From Octopus bimaculoides (lineage: Eukaryota), in contig NC_069004.1 of NCBI RefSeq assembly GCF_001194135.2, positions 8,571,160-8,635,159 on the forward strand: 64,000 bases of DNA, in the 5' to 3' direction. Shown in pieces: positions 11,903 to 23,100 of the stretch. The notes beneath the pieces were generated by a model. The model was not told where the DNA came from, did not search any database, and saw only the letters and a list, made by a program, of their open reading frames with translations. How positions within the stretch are numbered: position 1 is the stretch's first letter; the number at the start of each line of letters is the position of its first letter. A program made the position numbers and the translations under genes.

Positions 11903-13156
11903 ATGGAGGATGTTAATCACTTGGACGTTTCTAACACAACTGTTTTTAACAAGGTAAATTCAATTGCAGGGAAATACACAGAAGAGGAATCTTCATCTAG
12001 TGAAACGTTTACTAAACAAACCTCATTACACAAAGATATTCCTGAATATCGTTGTGAGATTTGTAAGAAAACGTTCTCTTCAGAGCATGAAGTGGTCACG
12101 CACAAAGAAAAACATAACAAGGAAAAACCCTATCACTGTGAGATATGTGGAAAATATTTTGTGTGTAACAGTCATTTTACAAACCACAAGAGGATACACA
12201 CCGGAGAAAAACCGTTTCACTGTGAAATATGTGGAAAATCTTTCACTCAGAATTACCATCTTGTGGTCCATGTTCGTAGTCACACAGGAGAAAAACCTTA
12301 TCATTGTGAAGTGTGTGGAAAATCTTTTGTGGATAACAGCAATTTAACAAGACATAAACGAATACATACTGGAGAAAACCCATTTCACTGTGATATATGC
12401 GGAAAATCATTCTCTGATAATTCTAATATTATCGTTCACAAACGTAGACATACAGGAGAACAGCCGTATCACTGTGAAATTTGTGGGAAATCTTTTGTAA
12501 ATAACAGCGATTTAAAAAGTCATGAAAGAATTCACAGCGGAGAGAAACCGTATCACTGTGAAATATGTGGAAAATCCTTCTCTGGAAGTTCCCAACTGGC
12601 AATCCACAAACGTAGTCATACAGGTGAAAAACCATTTCAGTGTGAACTATGTGACAAATCGTTTCTCACTAACGGCTTGTTAAAAGCTCACCTGAAAATA
12701 CACACCGGAGAGAAAACTCACCACTGTGAAATATGCGGGAAATCTTTTCTGAAAAATCACGATTTAAAACGTCACAGGCAGATACACACCGGGGAAAAAC
12801 CGTACCACTGCGAAGTATGCGGCAAGTCTTTTTGTCAGAAATCGGCTCTTACCCTCCATATGCAAATTCACACAGGAGAAAAATCTCATCTGTGTGAAAT
12901 GTGTGGCAAGTCGTTCTCTCGGAATTCTGACCTTATAAGTCACAAACGTAGACACACTGGAGAAAAGCCTTGTTCCTGTGAAATATGCGGGAAATCTTTT
13001 GTTAATAACAGTGATTTAAACATGCACAAACGGGTTCATACTGGAGAAAAGCCCTACTGTTGTGGAATATGTGATAAATCGTTTATCACAAGAACTCTCT
13101 TAAAAAGACATGAACTAATACATTCTAAAGGGAAGTCTTTGAGATATAAAATATGA
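11903..13156 (+). CDS. C2H2 (Kruppel-type) zinc-finger protein, 13 tandem fingers, single coding exon, about 417 aa
   Basis: ORF 11891-13156, first ATG at 11903. It has 13 CxxC...HxxxH fingers joined by TGEKP-type linkers and no visible KRAB/SCAN/ZAD domain. A possible non-coding upstream exon ends at a GT donor after 11102 (low confidence). Confidence 0.93.
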   Translation: MEDVNHLDVSNTTVFNKVNSIAGKYTEEESSSSETFTKQTSLHKDIPEYRCEICKKTFSSEHEVVTHKEKHNKEKPYHCEICGKYFVCNSHFTNHKRIHTGEKPFHCEICGKSFTQNYHLVVHVRSHTGEKPYHCEVCGKSFVDNSNLTRHKRIHTGENPFHCDICGKSFSDNSNIIVHKRRHTGEQPYHCEICGKSFVNNSDLKSHERIHSGEKPYHCEICGKSFSGSSQLAIHKRSHTGEKPFQCELCDKSFLTNGLLKAHLKIHTGEKTHHCEICGKSFLKNHDLKRHRQIHTGEKPYHCEVCGKSFCQKSALTLHMQIHTGEKSHLCEMCGKSFSRNSDLISHKRRHTGEKPCSCEICGKSFVNNSDLNMHKRVHTGEKPYCCGICDKSFITRTLLKRHELIHSKGKSLRYKI

Positions 13157-13786
13157 GAATTCCTTCTGCAAATATAAACTTGGTCTACAATGAATACTCG
13201 TTGGAAAACATCTATTGTGATGAAATACACTCAAAATGATTCTAATTAAATTCTCGTCTTGTTGTCTGCAAATGTAGTCTTAATCTCATTTTGAGAGAAG
13301 TCTTTTCACTAAAATATCGAGGAATTCCTTGTTTGTGAATTATAAACTTACAGTTTATAAATGAAGACACACTGGACAGAAAAACTATATTAATATGAAA
13401 TATATTATGATGAATCATTCTCCGAGCTCTAGTCTTGTAATTCGCATATACTGTCTGGAGGAAGATCTGTAGTCTGCTCAGCCAAAAACGAGTATCGACT
13501 GAGTGATGGTACAGTTCTTTGTCCATCCAGTTGTCACATCTAGGATGTGACATTAAGTCAAAGGATGGTACGAGAGGGTCAAGAGTGTTGTGTGTAAAAA
13601 AACTTACAACTACATAGGTGACTAAAACAATGAAAATATGGTGTATGTTATGGAATCCTGCTTGAATGCTGGCTTTAAAAATTCAGAAATATGAACATTC
13701 ATAAAAAATGGTTGATAGTTGAATTGCAAAGGCAGGCCATGCACATAGAATGTCACCTATACTCCTTTTTGAGATTTGAAGAGTTA

Positions 13787-13993
13787 TTGGATTGGCACAT
13801 AATTATTGCAGCTTTTTTTCAAAAAAATTTATGCAACAAAAACATCTTTAAATGATGGTCTGACCGCCTGCCAAGCAAATGGGATGCAGTAATTGAAGTA
13901 GATAGTGAATATGCTCCAGAATAATCATTTAAAGATGTTTTTGTTGAATAAAATTTGTTGAAAAAAAGCTGCAATAATTATGCACCAACCCAA
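13787..13993 (+). mobile_element. Mariner deletion derivative/MITE (207 bp) retaining the transposase C-terminus
   Basis: TA TSD and ~70-bp TIRs (TTGGATTGGCACATAATTATTGCAGC... / ...GCTGCAATAATTATGCACCAACCCAA). The centre encodes DRLPSKWDAVIEVDSEYAPE*, like the mariner C-terminal LPxRWxxVIxxxGxY motif. Confidence 0.85.
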
Positions 13994-14149
13994 TAGAAAA
14001 GAACCCCCAATGATGAAGACAAACTAAATCAAGATGCTTATGACACAACTACAACCATGTTTCACTGTATATTTAGCATCTCATATTTTACATGTGACAC
14101 TGTTTATAGTTAACTTTGGTTTCTACTGTATGTAGGTTGGTGTCTTTAA

Positions 14150-14355
14150 CCCCTTGGGTACCAATCCACCTAAGTTCTATGACACAAATTTCCTATTATA
14201 AAGTGATCTCAAAAATCTTCCATCAAAATTCTGTTAATTTGTGTTCCAAACATTAGCATTGTAACGACAAAAATATTTTACAAAATTCTTCGTTATTTTC
14301 TAAATTAATTGAAACAAATGCAGTGTACTTCAACAGACATGGTAACTAAAAAGGG
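14150..14355. mobile_element. TTAA-flanked MITE (piggyBac-like termini)
   Basis: TTAA|CCCCTT...AAAGGG|TTAA. Related partial copies are at about 9060-9205 and, inverted, about 43650-43810. Confidence 0.65.
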
Positions 14356-17300
14356 TTAAACCAGAGCTATCTATTCTAAGATAAATTGCAATTATAGCCG
14401 ACATCATTTGCTTTTCACTTAAACTTACCAATTGTCTAGTTTCAAATTAATGGTTGATGGCAAAAAGAAAATATATTTTATTCATTTTCCTGCAACAAAT
14501 ATTCACTTACATGGCTGTGTGTTAAATAAGCTTGCTCCTCAATCACATGGTTTTAGAATCAGTTGTTCCATTGTATGGCAATTTCGGCAAGTATCTTCCA
14601 TAGCCCTGAGCTACAATAAAATTTCATGAAATACATTAAATAACGACTAATGTATTTTCAATATCCTTTTCAGCTCTCTTAGTCATTCCATTTGAAAATG
14701 AATGATTTCAGTCACTTTTGAACCCCACTCTTTCCATATTAAACAAATGATGTGCAGTATCACTTTGGGATTGTGTGTGTGTGTATGTGTATATATATAT
14801 ATATCTCATCATTTAACTTTCATTCCATTAAATGATGCTGATGGTGATGATTATATATATATAATTTTATTGAAGCTGAGAAGACTTTACAAATTGTATT
14901 TAGAACAATGCAATAGCACTAAAGCATTGTTCTAAATACTCACCTGTCTGATGATCAATTACCTGATGCTCTGAGTAACAGTTTGGGAAGCTTTTCAGTT
15001 TCAATAACATGATTTTGTTCTACGTTTGGTATTTAAGTCCTGTTTTTTCCACCTGTGTGTGTGTGTGTGATCTTTCATTAATTTAACAAGTAATGATGTT
15101 ACTGTAAATTATATGAAAATAGCACGAGTTCACAATTCCTATAAAATCATTTAATTTTGATCAGTATTTGAGAAATTTATGTCACCGTCTTAGACTTTGA
15201 AAAATATTTGATCAAAAATAGGTAAGATTTAGTAAAAACAATAATTTATTCCATACATCAAAATGTTTTTGACTTTTGAATTCTTGGATTCATAGTTTTT
15301 ATACATTTAACATTTCATATAATCTTAGTTTTATTGAATGAAAGCATTATTGGAAGTCTTCACAGCATTAATGAATGGAAGTCAAAATCTTTAGTTCCGA
15401 AAGCAACAATGGCTTGAAGTTTTGTCTATGTTTGTAAAGCTCTGTAACTTTCCAGTAACAACATACATCTTCTAAATCTTATTTCTTGGATACTTTTGTT
15501 ACTCTCTTAAATGTACCAAGTGAGTAGAGGCTTTCTGAGACTGGTTCTATTGATACAGTTGATGTTCAGTTTGAACTCCCATAGAGGGAGCTGCTCAGCT
15601 CAGCTGACAGTCTGACTTGCAACGCATTACAAAAACATGACGATATCGGTTGTTATTGTGCCAAGCTCAGCATTGAATGGGCAATCCTATGACCGAACAT
15701 GTTCCAGTCATGATCATCCCATCTGTCTCTCAAATATTGCATCATCCACAGTGTCTCTTCCTTTATGAGATGATAGTGGGGAAATTTAGTATTTTGTGCA
15801 GGTTGAGTGACTAAGGAGAAGATAACTCAATGAGTCAAAGACTGGTTGTGGTTTGTTAATGGCGTTTGTACATGACAGGAAGAAAAAAAAGCAGCAAGAA
15901 AACAAAACCAACAAAAACGATGCTATAAGTTTTCAACATTAACTAAAACAATTCCTAAATGAGAAATGATCCCTGCAAAGTGGGATGGCTGCTGCAGCGA
16001 GCGTCACAGGGGTCATTCTTTGTAGCAACACCACTAAAGTCATGTCCATGGGGTGTGGTTGAACATGCCATTTGTTCTGGGGTGTACAATGTTACTCCCT
16101 CCCCCCATCTTCTGTTGTTTAATACCCCCCTACACTTTCTCTTTATTCGTTCCCTTGTAATTAAATTATAATTCAATCTTTATGTAAACAAAGCTGTGAT
16201 TATACTTGAAACTGGTGACATATTTTCATCGAGAATGTAATTTTTAAATGAGAAAAAAGTTTAATAACATATACAGAAATTGTTTATATATATATATAAA
16301 TTAATAATAAAGATGAGACAAGCAGATAATTTGGGTATTACTACACGTGTGTCTGTAGCAAAGATTTATTATTATTATTATTAACATACTGCATCATACA
16401 CCTTGGCATGTAAGAACATTTAAGATTACATAGGATTATGCAATAACATGTTTGTGTAACTTTGCCACTTCGTCAGGTAACATTCAGAGGCTAATTAGGT
16501 GATATGGTAGCATATGTATGTATGAAAAATACCAGACTCGGTATTCTTAACCATTTTCATTATTTACTATTTGATATATGAAGACAAGTTGATAGCTTTT
16601 TGTGGTGAATTTTGTTATTATTGAAATATATGATTTAGATTTTTTTTTTAATGACTACAATGTTATACTCACAACACAATCTCGGATTAAGTCAACACAT
16701 GCAAATAAGAACAAAAGAAAAATATATACATATGTATATACAGTTGCTTCCCAACCATAGTTTCAGGTTCAGTCCCAGTATGTGATTTTCTGGAAACAAA
16801 GACACCGTATGGACAAGCCTTTCGTTTGTAAAGATCACACAAACCTGGACATGCTTTTACAGTGGACTGCAAGCAAACACTGTTAATGCAGCCATTGTTT
16901 ACAATCAGGAGCTAAATGTATAGATGAGGGAAACACAACTCATTCACATGAACACACACAGCTATCTATATATGTACATGACAGTCTTTCAGTTTACATC
17001 TACCAAATCCACTCAAGGCTTTGGTCGACTCAGGGCTGTAGCAGAAGACATTTGTCCAATGTGCTATGCAGTGAGATTGAACCCAAAACTGTGTTTGGAA
17101 AGCAAATTTAAAAACGATATGTATATATATATATATATATATATATCTTGTATGGTTAGATGTATGAAAACTGTATGAGTTAGAGCTCCATGTAGATTAA
17201 TCCTTATTCAGTTGGCTGCCAGCATAATAGTGGTTAGTTGACCACTGTACTTAGTAGTGTAACTAATTGTGATACACAGAGCACATGTAGGGAAAAATTA

Positions 17301-19156
17301 AGATAAACACAAGCATAAATTATTAGTTTCTATGTATGTTTCAATATTGCAGTGAGTTGGAATTCTGCATCGGATGTTCTAGCTACAAAGGATCACGAGG
17401 GGGGAATACTTTATCATGTCTAACTTCGGATATTAGACCTTTGTAACAGAATGCAATATAGTGTTTCCTTGACGATCCATTGTAGTTAGTCATCCTAATA
17501 CACTTGGAACATCCAATGTTGAATTCCTAATAAATGCAATAATTGTGTTTATTTTAATCCCACCCCTACACATATGATGTTGGGCTCAGTTCCACTGCAT
17601 GGCACCTTGGGCAAGTGTCTTCTACTATAGCCCAGAGCCGACCAAAGCCTTGTGAGTGGTAACTGAAAGAAGCTCATTGTGAAGGTGTGTGTGTGTGTGT
17701 ATGTACCCTTGTCTTGACGTCATGTGATGACTAAACAAGCATTACCATCACACAAACAATCCTGTTCGTTTTCAGTCTTCCACATGAAAAACATGTCTGG
17801 CCAAGGGGAAAATATCACCTTGCTTAGAAACAGGCAGGGGTTGGTAACATGAAGGGCACCAGGCCATAGAAAATCTGCCTCAACAAATTCCATGTGACCC
17901 ATGCAAGCATGGAAAAATGGACATTAAAAATGATGATGATGATGGTGATAATGACGATGATATTCAATGTAGTAAAGAATATTCCAGAAAATTGTCTGGA
18001 ATTTCAAAATTATTGTAATAAATTGTATAAGGAATTTAGTTGTACATAGCTTTGATGGTATTTAATAATATTGGTTCCAAATTTTGGCACAAGACCAGCA
18101 ATCTCAGGGGAGCAGGGAAAGTCAATTACATTGACCCCTAATGCTCAACTGTACTTATTTTACTGATCCCCAGAAAGGTAAAGTCGATCCCAGCAGAATT
18201 TAAATTCAGAATGTAAAGATGGATGACATACCACTAAGCATTTTGCCCAGCATGCTAACGATTCTGCCAGCATGCTGCTTTGTAGGTATATTATAATATC
18301 ATCATTACCTCCTCATTTTTTTTCTTATGCTGCAATATAACTTCTTTCCCAAACCAATTTCCTGTAACTTTGGTAAGTATTGTGTGCCTGTGTGTGTGTA
18401 ATACAATGAGGAATCATCTTTCACTAAACAATGACATACAAACACCAATTTGGTATTCTTTGTCTTCAATAGTTTCATGCAAAAACATATTTTACAGTGC
18501 TTTGTGTATGTGAATGCAAGACTAGAAGGGAATGTTTTATTAGTGAAATGGAATGCCAGAACTACTGACACTTGATAGAACGGAGAATTATTGTTGAATG
18601 TAAAATGAAAACAATGACATTTTCTCATAACAGCTACACACAAATGCATTTATATTGTTTACTCTTTACAATGGATCAATGCATTGGCACACACATATAC
18701 ACCAGTCACTATTAAATATACATATTTATGTGTATAAGTACATATATATGTGTGTGTATGTATACTCCCTTTGGTTAGTTCATGTACACACATACACACA
18801 AATTACTTTTTGCTCACACACACACACACACGTGTGTGTGTGTGCATGCACGCTCCCTTTGATGAAGACATACACACATCACTTATCCTGACTAAGGTAG
18901 AAACACATGACCCTTTCAAATACAACTCAATCTGAACACAGAATCCTGACTCGATGCAGAAAACAAGCTCACACACACCAATTTACTTCCTTACATCAAC
19001 AATGTTGAAGTGCATACACGCATAAACAGCACTTCCATATCATGGACCAATGAATACCACACATGGTTCAATGTGTGACATAAGCACACACACACACTAA
19101 CCTTTCCCATAGAGTCACACATACATACACACACAGTTTTTCATCTTCATGATTAA

Positions 19157-19355
19157 CCCAATAGCATTTAAACTGGTCATGTCCAGCTCAAATAAGCTTT
19201 ATGTTCAAACTGACCAGATCTGGCCTGACACCTACCCTACAATGTCATTCTTAAAATAAACAAATCACATCAAAATCTTGAAGCTGCCTGATTAATTAAA
19301 AGCAATGTGAATAAATAAGCAATACATTTGACTGGGTAATCTGAATGTTAAAGGG
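19157..19355. mobile_element. TTAA-flanked MITE, second family
   Basis: TTAA|CCCAATAGCATTTAAACTGG...AAAGGG|TTAA. An inverted sibling is at 47630-47851 and a fragment at about 61740-61810. Confidence 0.6.
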
Positions 19356-19549
19356 TTAATATTTAACAGACACACAAATAATACTTCCATATTATGGATT
19401 ACACATGGTTCAATGTATGATATAAGGGGTGATATAAGCACACACACACACACACACTAACCCTTCGCTTAAATGGATCAATGAAAAGTACACTATCACA
19501 CATACATACACACACACACACACAATTTTCATGATTAATAGGTAATATA

Positions 19550-19761
19550 CAGGGTGTCCACAAAGTCTGGGTACATGGGAATTAATACATACTTTAAGAA
19601 ATTATTATTTCTTATATTTAATTGTTTATGTTATGATTTTATTTACTCCATGTACCTACATGGGGATTAACACGTACTTTAAGAAATTATTATTTCTTAT
19701 ATCTAATTGCTTATGTTATGATTTTATTTACTCCATGTACCCAAACCTTGTACACACCCTG
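19550..19761. mobile_element. Tc1/mariner-type MITE with an internal ~83-bp tandem duplication
   Basis: Same family as 2329-2452 (CAGGGTGTCCACAAAGTCTGGGTAC...ACACCCTG); the internal segment tacatgggga...actccatgtacc occurs twice. Confidence 0.8.
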
Positions 19762-20151
19762 AACATAATACACACATGTAAACACTGTACATTCTTATTA
19801 AAAACTCATTATAGAATACATACACATACTTTCACAAATGCACAAACATACACAGCCCTTAATAAAGCATTGTTTAGAACACACAGACACTTCTCTGTTT
19901 CTAAGGCACAATATAGACCACATATATATATACACACACTCTCTAACCAGATATACACAAACACAGATTCACCCATTTAATAGATAAAAGTAGAAAATAT
20001 AGAATGAAAGACAGGGACAGAGAGTCCCTGACTCTTCTTCTGCAATGGATGTATGTCGAAAATTGAATATAATGGAGACATTGCTGTGGTGACAGAAGAC
20101 AGAGTGAATAATAATAATTATGATAATAATAATACTCTGTGTTCATCAGTC

Positions 20152-23100
20152 TCAGTATGTAGGCCCCTCATCAACATCATCATCATCGTCATCACCATAA
20201 TCTTCTCCATTATCAAAGTAGTTCAAATTGTAGTCATTGTCCTGCAAAAAAAAGAAAAGAAAAAGACAATAAAATGTGATTAATAAATGGGTACAGGCAT
20301 GGCTGTGTGGTTAAGAAGTTTGCTTTGCACCCAAGTGGTTCCAGGTTCAATCCTTCTGAGCTGCGGCTTGGGCAAGTGTTCAAGCACATAGAGCAAAGCA
20401 TTATATTCTTACCGTTTTTTGGGTTGTGCAGTATTCCTTCACAAGATGTTGAGCTGGCAGAATTGTTAGAATGCTGGACTAAAATACTTAGCAGCATTTC
20501 TTATGGCCCTTTATATTTTGAGTTCAAGTCCTGCTGAAATCAACTTTGCCTTTCATAGGTCAATAAAATAAAGGACCAGTCAAGTACTGGGGTCAATGTA
20601 ATTAGTTTGTCCCCTCCCCACAAAAAAATGTCTGGCCTTGAATTCTGCAATGGGCCAATGATCCGTTGAGGGTGGGGAGTGTTCTGATCTTGGTCCCTTA
20701 TACATCACGGAAACTGGGCAACCAGTTTTTATGAGTCGTAGGGGTCAAAAAAAAAAAAAAAAAACTTTTTATATTCTGAGTTTAAAATCTCATCTGAAGT
20801 TAATGAGGAAACTGCAACATGGACATACAAACTGCTAGAAAAAGCAGTCAAACCTCTTCCTCAAATTTTACCTTACCTTAAAAAAAAAAAAAAAGTAGGT
20901 ATACTTGAAAAAAAAGAAAATGTGGTGGTCATAGCTGGAACACACCTGGTCATAGATCTACAAGATCTTGGTCCCTTCTATGGTCAAGTGTGTGCTGGCT
21001 ATGAAATAAACCAAGAACAATAGTTTACCTCTTCTTCTTCTTCTTCCTCATAATATTCTTCCAGCTCGTTGTCTTCTCCTTCGTTTTCTTCTGTTTCATT
21101 CTCATCAGGATTCACATCTTTCTTCTCTAAACTCTGAAAATATTAATTAATCAAATTACTTAAAAGAAAGAAAAAAAATTAATGTAGGAGGCATGGCTGT
21201 GAGGTTAAGAAGCTTGCTTTGCAACCATGTGGTTTTGGGTTCAGTCCCACTGTGCAGCACTTTGGTTAAGTGTCTTCTACTATAACTATAGCCCTGGGCC
21301 AAGTTTGGTGGGTGGATGATACTGTGTGGAATCTAGTCAGACACATACAATGTCACACATAGGGTCTGATATGAACACAATGTCACATACAATGACAAAA
21401 TTCCACATACTGAGACACACAGTCATACAATGTATAGAGAGTTTCACACACATACATTTACACAATGTGACATGCACACACACACACACACATAGAGTGA
21501 CACAATTCCATACATACACAGAGTGGCACAATGTCACACACAGAATGGTACAATTCCACACACATAAACAGTGGCACAATGCCAAATACACGGAGTGACC
21601 CAATGTCACACGCATACAGTGACCCAATGCCACACACATACCTCCAAAGTCTTCAGAACCTCAGCAGCCTCAGCTTTGGTCGGAACATTTGGTTTCGGGG
21701 TGAATCTGACTTTCTTCAGTTTCTTCTTCAGTGTTTTTAATTCAGGCGGAAGACGATCCCAATCTAAAAGTCGTACACAGAAATACATTATATATAGTGA
21801 GTGTATATAATTATATATACAGCAATTTACATTATATGCCAGGAATAATTACTGCTGCTGCTGAGCCCCCCCTTCGGTCATGACTGACCATGGGATTGCA
21901 CCTAGAAAGTTACCCTCCTAGGCACAAGTCCGGGCAAGGTTGTATATGGAAGACCAGCAGTCACCCATGCATACCGGTCTCTCCTCTCTACACCACTGAT
22001 GTTATCCAAGGGAAAGGCAAAGGGGCCGATACAGCTTGGCACCTGTGACATTGCAACTCATTTCTACAGCTGAGTGAACTGGAGCAATGTGAAATAAAGT
22101 GTCTTGCTCAAGAACACAACATGCAGTCCGATCTGGGATTCGAACTAACAACCTCACGATCGTAAGCTCGATGCTCTAACCACTGAGCCATGCGCCTTCA
22201 CAGGAATATGCCAGGAATAATTACTACTATACAGCAATACATACATAACAAGAGTGTATATCATTATCACAATCTAAAATTTATACACAGAAATACTTTA
22301 TATATCATAGGTGTAGGTATGGCTATATGGTTAGGAGGCTTGCTTCTCAACCACATGGTTTCAGGTTGAGTTGAACTGCATACCCCCTTGAGCAAGGGTC
22401 TTCTATGGTTCTGAGCTGACTAAAAACTTATGAGTCGATTTGGTAGATAGAAACTGAAAAGAGTCAGTCATCACCATCATCTTTTAATGTTCATTCTCCA
22501 TGCTGGTATGGGTTGGATAGTTCTACAGGAGCTGCTCAGGCTCTATTTGTTTGTTTTGACATGGTTTTTATGACTGGAAGCCCTTCCTAAAACCAACCAA
22601 TTTACACAATGGACTGGGGAACTAGCACAAGCACTTTTACACAGTGCTGACACTGGCATGGGTGCTTTCATGTGGTCCCAGCACCTGTAAGCCTGCAAGA
22701 ATAGGATCTCTCATATGTCAGTATGAATGTGTGTATCTTTTTGTCTTGATATCACGTGATAGTTGTGAACAAGTATGGCCATTACACAAGCTATGTCCAT
22801 TTCCAATCTTCTGTGAAAACATGCCTGGCCATAGGAAAATATTACTGACCAAAACCCATTGTGCATATAAGTGTGGGTGTGTGTATGTCTGTGAGTTGAG
22901 GTTTCTTTGTCTTGATATTGTGTGATAGTTGTGGACAAGTGTTGCTATTTTGTAAGCGATGTCCTTTGTTTCCAGTCTGCCATGAAAGAATGAAAGACAA
23001 GTCTGACCATGGAGAAATATTACCTTACTTGGAAGCAGGAGAGAGTTGGCATCCAACCAGAGAACATCTGCCTCAACAAATTCCGTCCAACCCATGCAAG

